Notes: generated by a model from the letters alone, not told the origin. Shown: positions 38,456 through 47,996, counted from the first letter of the whole stretch. The stretch: 63,703 bases of DNA, filler included, from Candidatus Nezhaarchaeota archaeon WYZ-LMO8 (GCA_004347965.1; 3 parts of 3 records of this genome joined end to end with filler, not necessarily neighbours in it), one strand, 5' to 3'. Made by a program: numbers and translations.

Positions 38456-39253
38456 CTATAGGCCCTTGATGTAATCGACTATGGACTCGAATATTATCCT
38501 TCCATCACCATAAGCAGCTAGTTCATCTTGAAGAGTCCAGTCTGGCATCTGCCACCCAAAGTAGGCCCTCTCCGGATGTGGCATCATTCCCACTACGTTG
38601 CCCTCTCCACTACATATTCCAGCTATGTCGAGCATTGATCCATTAGGGTTGTATGGATATTCTCCGTTAGCTGGAGAGCCATCAGGCCTACAGTAGGTGA
38701 AGACTACGAGATTGAGTTCAACTATTTTATCCAACACCTCCTTTGAGGCAACAAACCTGCCCTCGCCGTGACCTACGGGAATTCGAAGAACCTTTCCATC
38801 AGCTATCTTTGACAAGAGTCTACATCTGGAAGAGTGATACCTCAAGTGAACCCACCTACACTCGTATTTAGCTGAAGAGTTTGTTGCTAGTGCAACCTCT
38901 GGGTGGTTGCTTAGCCCACTTAGGCCTGGCAAGATTCCAGCTTCCACGAGTACTTGAAAGCCATTGCATATCCCAACTACCGCCTTCCCTTCATTCACGA
39001 AGTTCTCTAGGTCCCTCCTCATCTTGAAGGCGAGCTTCTTCCCCCATATAGCTCCAGCTCTAACATAGTCGCCATAGGAGAAGCCACCTGGAATTACGAG
39101 AAGGTTGTAGTCCTCAAGGTTTACACGTTTTTTGAGTAATTGATTCATGTGTATGATGTCAGCTTTCACCCCCAGATCTTCTAAGGCCACCTTAGTTTCG
39201 AAGTCACAGTTCGTTCCGCCAACCCTTATGATGCAAGCCTTCACGTCGAGCAA
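38456..39253 (-). CDS. purQ: FGAM synthase glutaminase subunit
   Basis: GTNCD, PGGFSYGD, GICNGFQ, NPNGS and MMPHPER motifs. Confidence 0.97.
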   Translation of the reverse strand: MLDVKACIIRVGGTNCDFETKVALEDLGVKADIIHMNQLLKKRVNLEDYNLLVIPGGFSYGDYVRAGAIWGKKLAFKMRRDLENFVNEGKAVVGICNGFQVLVEAGILPGLSGLSNHPEVALATNSSAKYECRWVHLRYHSSRCRLLSKIADGKVLRIPVGHGEGRFVASKEVLDKIVELNLVVFTYCRPDGSPANGEYPYNPNGSMLDIAGICSGEGNVVGMMPHPERAYFGWQMPDWTLQDELAAYGDGRIIFESIVDYIKGL

Positions 39254-39257
39254 GATG

Positions 39258-41633
39258 TCACCTCAGAGTTAAGGCCTCTCTCCAAGTCCTCCACATTTCA
39301 TCCACACTCACGTCGATCAAGACCTTGCCGTCGTAGCCCCTTACGACTAAGCTTGATCCTCTAGTTATCCTACCTATCCTAGAGCATGGTAGGCCCGCCA
39401 TGAGTTGCTCGAATTCCTCCTCCTTGTCGGCCCTAACTTCAACTATGAGCCTACTATTAGATTCAGAGAATAGAGCTAGGTCTTCCCTCATAGGTTCACT
39501 AAGGGGCACCTTTGAGAGCTCTATCTCGGCTCCTAATCCTGATGCCATCGACATTTCCGCTATTGCTACTGCAATACCGCCATCCGACGGATCGTGACAG
39601 GCCCGTATTAGACCTAGGTCCATTGCTTTAATGACTTTGTCACATATAGACCTCGCACCCTCGTAAACTTTTGGTACTAAACCGCCACTAAGCCCAAGAA
39701 GCTTATAGTACTCAGAACCTCCTAGCTCTCTTCTAGTCAATCCAACTATGTAGAGCGGATTACCAGGGTTCTTGAAGTCCATGGTCAAAGCCTTCCTCAC
39801 ATCTGGTATTATGCCGATAGCAGTTATGAGAAGAGTTGGCGTCACAGGACCCAAAGGTGACTCGTTGTACAGGCTATCCTTGCCGGATATGAATGGAGCT
39901 CCAAAGAGCTTTGCTATGTGATAGCAGGCTTCAACAGCTCTCAACAAGCTACCCATCCTATCGGCCTTCTCAGGATTGCCCCATGTAAAGTTGTCGAGAA
40001 GAGCCCACCTTCTTCCTCCCACGCACACGTTGTTCCTTATCGCTTCATCAATGCTTGAAGCCGCCATCCAGTAGGTGCTTATCTTCCCATAGCTTGGCTT
40101 TATGCCGCAGGACACAACAATGCCAGCCCAAGATGATGGTAGTGGCTTAAGGACGGCCGCATCGTTTGGACCAGCTCTCCACCCTTGAAGAGGCTTTATA
40201 GCGGTCATACCCTTGACCTCATGATCGTAGGTCCTTATTACGACCTCCCTGCTAGCGATGTTCGGTGCTCTTAGTAGCTTCAATAAAATATCGTTCAGGT
40301 CCTTAGGTTTTTCAAACTTAGAATCGTACTCTAACTCCTTCTCAATTTTAGCTATTCGTGTTACCTTGGGTGGGTTAAACAGGAAGCTTAGTGAGAGATC
40401 GGCTACCATGTAACCTTTGTAGAAGACTCTGAGTCTACTATCGTCAGTGAACCTACCTATTTCAACAGCCTCCACGTCTTCGTCTTCGAATATCTCAAGT
40501 ATCCTCTTCACGTTTTCTGGTGGTGACGCTATGAACATCCTCTCCTGCGACTCAGAGATCCATATCTCCCATGGCTTCATATCGGGATCCTTCAATAGCA
40601 CCTTTGAGAGCTCGACTACAGCACCACAGTTGTACTTATTAGCCATCTCTCCAGCAGCACATGAAAGTCCTCCTCCACCTAAATCGGTTATTCCAGAAGC
40701 TAGCCCTTCATCTCTTATCCTGATTATCGCCCTCTTCAGCTTCTCCTCTTCTATTGGATTGGGTATTTGCACTGCAGATCTTGACTTCTCCTCGGATTCT
40801 TCGGTTAGCTCGGCTGAAGCGAAGGTGACACCGTGAATTCCATCTCTTCCAGTTCTTCCTCCAGCTAAGATTATTGAATGGCCCTGCTTAATTTTTCTGA
40901 AGTACTTATCCTTGGGTAAGAGACCTATGCATCCACAGTAGACAACTACGTTGCCAACGTAGCCTTCATCGAAGTATATCGCTCCACATATTGTGGGGAT
41001 TCCCATGTTGTTGCCGTAATGAGCTATTCCAGCTACAACCCCCTTGAATAGGTACCTTGGATGCTTGACTCCCTGAGGTAGTTTTAAGTAATCGTAGTCC
41101 AACGGACCGAAGCAGAGCACGTCTATGTTAGCTATGGGTTCAGCCCACACCCCAAGTATATCTCTTATCACGCCCCCTATGCCGGTTGCAGCACCTCCAA
41201 AGGGCTCTATTGCTGATGGATGATTGTGCGTCTCAACCTTAACAGCTATGGCGTACCCTTCGACGAAGTCTACTATCCCTGCATTATCTTCAAAAACTGA
41301 GAAGCACCATTCAGAGTTAAGCTCTTTAACTACTGAAGCTATGTAGGTCTTAAACATGTTGTCGATAACTCTTCCATCAGATGTCTTTACTATCCCTTTA
41401 AACGTCTTGTGAAAACAGTGTTCAGACCACGTCTGACCTATGGTCTGAAGCTCTACATCCGTGGGATTCCTTCCCTCAGATTTGAAGTACGTCTTAACGG
41501 CCCTCATCTCCTCAAGGCTTAACCCAGCTCCTGTATCACTGCTTATCTTCATGAGGGCAATGTCGTCGGCCTCTAGGATGTTTATCTCGTAGATCTCGAA
41601 TGGAAAGTTCAGCTTCCTGTAAATGTTAATCAG
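39258..41633 (-). CDS. purL: FGAM synthase subunit L; probable CTG (or ATT) start
   Basis: WSEHCFHK, ETHNHPS, GRDGIHG, SESQER and HDPSDGG motifs; SD GGAGGTG 7 nt before CTG. Confidence 0.96.
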   Translation of the reverse strand: MINIYRKLNFPFEIYEINILEADDIALMKISSDTGAGLSLEEMRAVKTYFKSEGRNPTDVELQTIGQTWSEHCFHKTFKGIVKTSDGRVIDNMFKTYIASVVKELNSEWCFSVFEDNAGIVDFVEGYAIAVKVETHNHPSAIEPFGGAATGIGGVIRDILGVWAEPIANIDVLCFGPLDYDYLKLPQGVKHPRYLFKGVVAGIAHYGNNMGIPTICGAIYFDEGYVGNVVVYCGCIGLLPKDKYFRKIKQGHSIILAGGRTGRDGIHGVTFASAELTEESEEKSRSAVQIPNPIEEEKLKRAIIRIRDEGLASGITDLGGGGLSCAAGEMANKYNCGAVVELSKVLLKDPDMKPWEIWISESQERMFIASPPENVKRILEIFEDEDVEAVEIGRFTDDSRLRVFYKGYMVADLSLSFLFNPPKVTRIAKIEKELEYDSKFEKPKDLNDILLKLLRAPNIASREVVIRTYDHEVKGMTAIKPLQGWRAGPNDAAVLKPLPSSWAGIVVSCGIKPSYGKISTYWMAASSIDEAIRNNVCVGGRRWALLDNFTWGNPEKADRMGSLLRAVEACYHIAKLFGAPFISGKDSLYNESPLGPVTPTLLITAIGIIPDVRKALTMDFKNPGNPLYIVGLTRRELGGSEYYKLLGLSGGLVPKVYEGARSICDKVIKAMDLGLIRACHDPSDGGIAVAIAEMSMASGLGAEIELSKVPLSEPMREDLALFSESNSRLIVEVRADKEEEFEQLMAGLPCSRIGRITRGSSLVVRGYDGKVLIDVSVDEMWRTWREALTLR

Positions 41634-41889
41634 AGGGCCACACCTCCACTTCGTAGAGATCTTTTGTGGGGTTAGCCAATAGTCTCCTACACATCTCGTC
41701 CACGAGGTTCTTAGCGCTATCAAGAGAAGGTGCTTCGAGCTCTATAGAGTATAGCTTGCTTACTCTTACGCTGTACACATGATATCCGAGATCGTTTAAC
41801 GCCTCTTTAGTAGTCTCACCTTCAGGATCAAAGAAGCCAGGCTTAAGCTTCACAATAACCTGAGACTTGAACTTCATTTTTCTCGCCAC
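41626..41889 (-). CDS. purS: FGAM synthase subunit S
   Basis: LKPGFFDPEG and MCRRLLANP motifs. Confidence 0.95.
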   Translation of the reverse strand: MARKMKFKSQVIVKLKPGFFDPEGETTKEALNDLGYHVYSVRVSKLYSIELEAPSLDSAKNLVDEMCRRLLANPTKDLYEVEVWPSD

Positions 41890-41931
41890 TCAAATAAGTT
41901 GAGGACTACTACCTCAAAAATAAATGCATAG

Positions 41932-42018
41932 TGGGCCCGCCCGGACTCGAACCGGGGACCACCCGCGTTCTGAGGAGCCACGTCAGGCGGGTATCCTAAC
42001 CAACTAGACGACGGGCCC
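41932..42018 (-). tRNA. tRNA-Val(GAC) with a 13-nt BHB intron (41968-41980)
   Basis: CCCGC-CTGA-CGT...TCAG-AAC-GCGGG; mature loop CT-GAC-GC. Confidence 0.93.
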
Positions 42019-42126
42019 ATCTCGCTAGAGGATATCCTCTCTAGCCGGTTAAAAGGGTTTTCGACCCTACACGAAAACTTTCTTCCGTAATACCTATGCT
42101 TTTGAGGAGCTCTTGCGGTACAACTA

Positions 42127-42780
42127 TTGAGGTTGAGCTTTTTGAAAACTGTTGCTCAATGCTTCGTGTACGTTAGTAAAATCGATGGTAAGTGGATTGC
42201 AGTCATCATTGACGAGAATGAAAGAATTGTTTCTCTAAGCTTGCCTAAGGGTAGTGAAGGTGAGGCTGTCTATGAGGCCAAGAGGGTTGCGGTAGCTAAC
42301 GTGAGCTATAAGTTTAGATCCGAGATGGACCCTTCCACAAGGAGAGTTGGCAGGGAAGTCGTAGAATTCATCAACTCATATATTAAAGGTGATAAACCGA
42401 AGATCACGTTTAAGTTAAATGTTGAAGGGTTAACAAAGTTCATGAATAAGGTGCTAGCAATTGTTAGTTCAATACCTCGAGGCTTCGTGACTTGTTATGG
42501 GTGTGTAGCTGAGGTTATTGAAAACCCTTATGCTTGTAGAGCTGTTGGTAGGGCTTTAGCAATGAATCCTTGGCCAATAATAATTCCATGCCATAGGGTC
42601 GTTAAGAGCGATCTTACGTTAGGTGGTTATAGGGGAGGACTTGATATGAAAAGGGAGTTGCTGAGGATTGAGGGGGTTGCTGTAACTTTGGCTGGCAGGG
42701 TTTTACCTGCGCACTTCTTAGAAGCTAGAAGACTGAGAGAATTGAGTAGAGATGCTGGAGAAAAGCTTTTAACTTCTTAG
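42127..42780 (+). CDS. ogt: Methylated-DNA-protein-cysteine methyltransferase
   Basis: RAVGRA...NP...IPCHRVV...GGY..G...K..LL..EG motifs. Confidence 0.93.
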   Translation: MRLSFLKTVAQCFVYVSKIDGKWIAVIIDENERIVSLSLPKGSEGEAVYEAKRVAVANVSYKFRSEMDPSTRRVGREVVEFINSYIKGDKPKITFKLNVEGLTKFMNKVLAIVSSIPRGFVTCYGCVAEVIENPYACRAVGRALAMNPWPIIIPCHRVVKSDLTLGGYRGGLDMKRELLRIEGVAVTLAGRVLPAHFLEARRLRELSRDAGEKLLTS

Positions 42781-42826
42781 AGATTGAAGGACTTTTAAGC
42801 TTATTGTAGCTACGTGGTGAAGCTTC

Positions 42827-43990
42827 ATGGAAGAGCTACTGATGATACCGGGTCCAACAAACGTTCACTTAAAGGCTCTCGAAGCTATGCAGAGACCTTT
42901 AACGGATCATAGAGGACCGAAGTTTGAGGAACTTTATGCTGAGCTACTTGAGAATTTAAAGTATTTCTTTCAAACGAGGAAGTGGGATGTCATACCCTTT
43001 ACGGCGTCAGGTACTGGAGCTGTTGAGTGTATAATTAGTAACGCTATCAATCCCGGCGATAAGGTGCTCGTACCCTTATACGGCAACTTCACTAATAGGA
43101 TAAAGGAGATTGTTGAGATCTATTATGGGAAGGTCGTGACCATTAAGATCCCGGAGAGAGAAGCCGTAACGGCAAGTCAAATTGAGGAAGTACTGAAAAA
43201 CGAGAAGGTGAAAATGATCTTCGTAGTGTTCAATGAGACTTCTACGGGAGTTAAGGTGAGAGATTTAAGGGAGATAGCGAAGATAGCACACGATCATGGA
43301 GCACTCATAGCCGTTGACGCTGTCTCAGGCCTAGGTGGTGATGACCTTCCAGTAGAGGATTGGGATATAGATCTATGTGCATCTGCAAGTCAGAAGTGTC
43401 TTGCAGCTCCTCCAGGTATATGCATGGTATCAGTCAGTGACAGAGCTTGGGAGGTAATTAACTCCATGAAAGCTAGGAGTTACTACTTTGATTTAAAATT
43501 GTACAAGAGATTCTTCGTTGAGAGACGCCAAACACCATTCACTCCTGCTATTCCAATCTTTTACGCAGTTAACGAAGCTTTAAAAGTCCTAAGAGAGGAG
43601 GGAATAGAGAACAGGATAAGGAGACACAAGGTCTGTGCTGAAGCTTTCTACGCAGCTATGGAAGCTATAGGGTTGAGCTGCTATGCGAAGAAGGAGTTTA
43701 GGTCGAATACAACAATAGCCGTTGAGGTGCCAAGGAGCTTAAAGGATAGCGATATAAGGAGGATCATGAGGGAGAAGTACGGCGTACACATTGCAGGCGG
43801 TATGGCTGATCTTAGAGGTAAGATAATTAGAATTGGAAGCATGGGAATGGTGAATAGACGAATAGTCATGAGGACCATCAATGCTCTAGAGTGCACACTC
43901 AAAGAGCTTGGATGGAACTTGAGGGTAGGCTCAGGAGTGGAAGCAGCTCTCGAGGTCTTCTCTAAGTATTCAGGGGTTCAGCTCTTATAA
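42827..43990 (+). CDS. Class V PLP aminotransferase (alanine-glyoxylate/serine-pyruvate family)
   Basis: MIPGPT, SGTGA, NETSTGV, DAVS, SQKCL..PPG and TPFTP motifs. Confidence 0.92.
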   Translation: MEELLMIPGPTNVHLKALEAMQRPLTDHRGPKFEELYAELLENLKYFFQTRKWDVIPFTASGTGAVECIISNAINPGDKVLVPLYGNFTNRIKEIVEIYYGKVVTIKIPEREAVTASQIEEVLKNEKVKMIFVVFNETSTGVKVRDLREIAKIAHDHGALIAVDAVSGLGGDDLPVEDWDIDLCASASQKCLAAPPGICMVSVSDRAWEVINSMKARSYYFDLKLYKRFFVERRQTPFTPAIPIFYAVNEALKVLREEGIENRIRRHKVCAEAFYAAMEAIGLSCYAKKEFRSNTTIAVEVPRSLKDSDIRRIMREKYGVHIAGGMADLRGKIIRIGSMGMVNRRIVMRTINALECTLKELGWNLRVGSGVEAALEVFSKYSGVQLL

Positions 43991-44000
43991 GTTTACGTAA

Positions 44001-44157
44001 GTTGATTTCATTGTCTCACCTCTTCCCCCGCATCCCGCTCGGTTTCTCATCAGGCTCAGGGGCGTTCAGGGATAACCCCCTGGACCCACATCTTGAGTAA
44101 CTCGGGGAGAGCTGATCTACAGAGCTCTCGACCCCTCATCGGGCTACTTCCACGCAC
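44001..44157 (-). ncRNA. Structured RNA or miniature element with box C/D-like K-turn motifs; possibly derived from an IS200/IS605 (tnpB) element
   Basis: GC-rich intergenic stretch with TTATAA box at 44175-44180; CGAUGA-GGGG...CCCC-UGA, UGAUGA-GAAA-CCGA, GAGAGCU/AGCUCUC and CAGGG/CCCUG helices; ends in TCAAC. Confidence 0.55.
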
Positions 44158-44235
44158 CAATACATATAGGGTACTTATAAGCGCTCCCATCTACATCAAC
44201 CAATGTGGACATGTATGAAAACCGAAACGGCTATG

Positions 44236-45382
44236 TTAGACGTTTAAGTGAAGAACGTCTTCAGTACTCTTTATGCCATGCTTCATCGCTATGTAGCAAG
44301 CACCCTCTACGCTAACAGCACATGGACCTACAGGATTTATTGGCGTACAAGCTTTACTGTAAAGTGGGCATTCCCAGGGATATATTAAGCCTTTCAGAAC
44401 ATCAGCGCATCTACACCCCTTCGGCATACCCTCCTCGATCGTTACCTCTATGTCGAATCGTTTTAAGGCATCGTAATGCTCAAATTCTTTCTTAAGTTCT
44501 AGCTTAGACATTGGTATTACACCAATACCTCTCCAGTCGCCATCGCATGGCTTAAAGACCTCCGTCATAACTCTCTTCGCTTTAACGTTCCCCTCTCTTT
44601 TAACGCTTCTCGTGTACTCTACCTCAACATCGCTTCTACCATCTCTTATTTGTTCAAGTAACATAACTAGTGATGCCAAGACATCTAAGGGTTCAAAGCC
44701 GCCTATCACCATCGGTTTTCCATACCTCTTGGCTATGGGCACGTAGGGCTCTGATCCTATGATGGTTGACACATGGCCTGGACATATGAAGCCCCCTATT
44801 GCTATGTCACCGCTTTTGAGTAAATGCTCCATAGCTGGTGGTATGAGCCTGTGACTTACTATTAAGCTGAAGTTCTCAGGTACCCCTCTCATTAGCTCTA
44901 TAGCTGTCGTGGGAGCTGTGGTCTCAAAGCCTATGGCGAAGTGCACTACTTCACGCTTAAGCTTCTTGGCAATGCTTATTGAGTCCGCTATGCTGTAGAC
45001 TATTCTAACGTCAGCACCTCTAGCCTTAGCTTCCATAAGCGACGTACCTCTAGCACCTGGAACTCTAAACATGTCACCGTATGTTGTGAGAACAACGTTT
45101 TTAGATAGAGCGAGGTCTATGGCTGCTTGAATCTCAGCAACGCTCGTAACGCATACTGGGCAACCGGGACCAGATCTAACTTCAAGACCTTTGGGTAATA
45201 GGCTTCTCAAACCAAACCTAGATATTGTCCACTCGTGAGTCGGCCAGGGCTTAACCCCGTGTACCGCATACGTGCATTATTATCAGGTGCTCTAGTGATA
45301 GCTCCTTGAAGAGCGTGTATATCTTCTTGGATAGAGCACTTGCAATTCCTCCGTCTCTAAAAGGCTCAATCATCTCAGCCAT
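44236..45382 (-). CDS. hypD: Hydrogenase maturation protein HypD, two exons (45382-45261 and 45238-44236), 374 aa after splicing
   Basis: Exon 1 ends IMHVCG-AC and exon 2 begins T-HEWTISRFGLRSLLP; GPGCPVC, GFETT, PGHVS and GPCAVS.EG.C motifs. Confidence 0.93.
45239..45260 (-). other. 22-nt bulge-helix-bulge (tRNA-type) intron in hypD mRNA
   Basis: UG-CGGU-AC^A-CGGGGU-UAA-GCCCUG-GCCG-AC^U-CA gives a 4-bp helix with two 3-nt bulges; canonical cuts restore the frame and CGTH. Confidence 0.88.
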
Positions 45383-45444
45383 ACGTTGAGAATGGAGCGA
45401 AGCCTAATAACTGTTTTTCCAACTCTCTTTTATTGCGAGTACGT

Positions 45445-46002
45445 ATGGTTAAGAAGGTCTTAGCGTTAGGCGACTTTCACATACCTGAAAGAGCCTATTG
45501 GATACCTGAAGAGCTAGAGAAGGAAGTTACTAGGGAGAGTTACGACATAGTGCTTTGTACTGGAGATTTAACGACTGGAGAAGTATTATCATGGCTTCAA
45601 AGGCTAGCATCTGAAGTCTACGTGGTAAGGGGCAACATGGATTACTTGAAGCTACCTCTTCAGCTCGTCGTTAATGTTGAGGGTTTAAGGGTTGGATTAT
45701 ATCATGGAGCAGGAGTGCATCCTAGAGGTGACCCAGTTAAGCTAGCGGTTAGGGCAAAGCAAATCAACGTTGAGGTGTTGGTTACTGGGCACACTCATTA
45801 CCCATACACTACATTCGTGAAGGAATATGGAGTCGTAATAGTTAATCCAGGTTCAGCAACAGGTGTTTGGGGCGGTGACGAAAGAGCTACGCTAACACCC
45901 AGCTTTGCAATCATGTGCATTAGGGGTAGGGAGCTACTCATCGAACTAAAAGAGCTAAGAAACTCGCATTTTGAAGTAGAAAAGTACAAGTTTCAATTGT
46001 AG
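45445..46002 (+). CDS. YfcE/MJ0936-family metallophosphoesterase
   Basis: GDFH, CTGD, RGNMD, HG, GHTH and NPGS motifs. Confidence 0.92.
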   Translation: MVKKVLALGDFHIPERAYWIPEELEKEVTRESYDIVLCTGDLTTGEVLSWLQRLASEVYVVRGNMDYLKLPLQLVVNVEGLRVGLYHGAGVHPRGDPVKLAVRAKQINVEVLVTGHTHYPYTTFVKEYGVVIVNPGSATGVWGGDERATLTPSFAIMCIRGRELLIELKELRNSHFEVEKYKFQL

Positions 46003-46337
46003 TCTCGTAAAAATGTTTGTTTCGCATAGGTTTAATAAGATTTGATGTTATTCTCCCGCTACTATTATTACGCATGTCTCTTTTCCGTGTAGCGGCTTTA
46101 TCTTCTCTTTAACCTTTCAAAGCTGGGGGTAGTCTCTTCTTTCTGCACCTTGTAACACTAATACACTTTATTACCTCAAACCTCAGCCAAGTATATCCAG
46201 GGAACACTTCATCAAGGTGCTTTAAATATGGAAGTAAGCTAAAGAGCAACAACGGTGGTAGAGTACTTCATTACATTAAGTAAGGAGAAGCAAGGCAATG
46301 ACATTAGCCAATATGAACTGATATAAGGGCTTAACCT

Positions 46338-46571
46338 CTATAGCTCTAAGCTTATTGCTTTAGCTATTTCTCTCCAAAGTCTTAAAGTCTCTTCGGCTTC
46401 CTCTTGATCTAATACTTGAATTGCATAACCTGTATGAACTAGTACGTAATCTCCAGGTCTTACTTCCTTCTCTAAAAGGGATAACATAACTTCTCTCCTA
46501 ATGCCTCCGAAGTCTACGAGAGCCCTATCCCCTCTAATCTCAACAACTTTACCTGGTACAGCTAGACACAT
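46338..46571 (-). CDS. hypC: Hydrogenase maturation chaperone HypC
   Basis: MCLAVPGKV and GDYVLVHTGYAI motifs. Confidence 0.96.
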   Translation of the reverse strand: MCLAVPGKVVEIRGDRALVDFGGIRREVMLSLLEKEVRPGDYVLVHTGYAIQVLDQEEAEETLRLWREIAKAISLEL

Positions 46572-46651
46572 TGCAGCAAGAGGAAGGAAGGGATAACTTA
46601 TAAGTGTAGCTGTCCGCTTTTCTCTGCCCTAAAAACTGTGGAGGTGCTACG

Positions 46652-47383
46652 ATGTCTCTACAGAAAGGAGATTTCGTGCTTGTTGATTACGTGATGAGGG
46701 TTAAGGACACCAACGAGATCATAGACTTAACTATAGAAGAGGTTGCGAAGAAAGAGAAAGTCTATAGAGAAGATGGAGTGTATGAGCCCGCTCTGATAAT
46801 TTTAGGTGAAGGCTGGACCTTAAAGGGTGTTGAAGAGGAGCTCTACAAAATGAATATCGGTGAGAGCAGAGTAATTGAAGTACCTCCCGACAAGGGCTTT
46901 GGTGAGAGAGATCCGAGCAAAGTCAAAGTAGTTAATGCAAGAGAACTTACAAAGCGCGGAATAACTCCACGAGTAGGAGCTAGAGTTGAGCTAGATGATG
47001 GAGTAGCAATTATAAGAAGAGCTGAGGGCGGGAGAGTGATCTTAGATTATAATCATCCTCTCGCTGGTAGAACAATAACGTGTGAGATAAGGGTTGTGAA
47101 GAAGATCGAAGATGTAGAGGAGAAGATAAGAGAGCTAGTACACGTAAGGATTAAGAGGGTCGACAAGGAGAAGTTCAAGATAGACGTATCGAGCGATGGC
47201 GTTGTGTCCATCGAGCTACCTCCTGAAGCCTTCACTTATGAGGGGCTGCAGTATGCCAAGAGGGGCATAGCTATTGACGTCGGTCGCTACATATCCGGGG
47301 TAAGTGCTGTTAAGTTCGTTGAGACGTACACGATAAGCCAGGCAAAGATGGAGAAGGAGGAGGAAAAGGTCAAGAAGGGGTAA
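46652..47383 (+). CDS. Long archaeal FKBP-type peptidyl-prolyl isomerase (SlyD-like)
   Basis: KGDFVLVDY, VPPDKGFGERD and DYNHPLAG motifs. Confidence 0.93.
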   Translation: MSLQKGDFVLVDYVMRVKDTNEIIDLTIEEVAKKEKVYREDGVYEPALIILGEGWTLKGVEEELYKMNIGESRVIEVPPDKGFGERDPSKVKVVNARELTKRGITPRVGARVELDDGVAIIRRAEGGRVILDYNHPLAGRTITCEIRVVKKIEDVEEKIRELVHVRIKRVDKEKFKIDVSSDGVVSIELPPEAFTYEGLQYAKRGIAIDVGRYISGVSAVKFVETYTISQAKMEKEEEKVKKG

Positions 47384-47486
47384 AAGAAAAACAAACTTTA
47401 AGTGGGTGCTAAGCTCAAGGTGATCGAATTTCAAGTGAGGACTAAAAGCATTTTAGTGTTCTCTAATCTCTTCTAAGTTAAGCACT

Positions 47487-47996
47487 ATGTGGAAGAGCGT
47501 AGTTAAAAAGTTTGAAGAATCTCCTGCAAAACTAAAGGTTGCCAGATTACTTATAGAGAATGGATTAAGGATAGGGGATGATGGCAAGATATATTGTGGA
47601 GACATCGAGATACCTGACATGAAGATAGCCAGGGTCTTGGATATTGATCGAAGAGTTGTCAGAGAGACCGTGAAGTACATAATGAGGGACGAGGTTTTGC
47701 GAAAGGTCTTCACTATGCTAAGACCGGCAGGAGCTTTACTCAGAGATGTTGCAGCACTTTTTGGTTACGGAGTTCTCGAAATCAGGGCTGATCCAAGTGC
47801 TGTTGGAATAATAGCAGGTGTATCTCAAGCGCTAGCTAGAGCTAACATAAGCATAAGGCAAATTCATGCCGAGGATCCAGATTTAAACCCAGACCCCAAG
47901 TTAATAGTGATAACTGAGAAGCCGGTACCAGGTGAGGTTATTCAGGAAATTCTGAAGGTACCTAATGTAAAGAGTGTAACCATAATTCAAAGGTAG
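47487..47996 (+). CDS. ACT-domain regulator of amino acid metabolism (HTH plus ACT)
   Basis: IARVLDIDRRVV; GIIAGVS..LA..NISIRQ..AEDP motifs. Confidence 0.85.
   Translation: MWKSVVKKFEESPAKLKVARLLIENGLRIGDDGKIYCGDIEIPDMKIARVLDIDRRVVRETVKYIMRDEVLRKVFTMLRPAGALLRDVAALFGYGVLEIRADPSAVGIIAGVSQALARANISIRQIHAEDPDLNPDPKLIVITEKPVPGEVIQEILKVPNVKSVTIIQR

Noticed and set aside
44236..45382. hypD as a frameshifted pseudogene
   Set aside because: Both parts are otherwise intact, and the single 22-nt insert forms an exact BHB whose canonical excision restores the motif.
46048..46170. Minus-strand fragment (KVKEKIKPLHGKETCVIIVAGE) resembling an Lrp/AsnC C-terminus
   Set aside because: Very short and interrupted by stops; at most a remnant.
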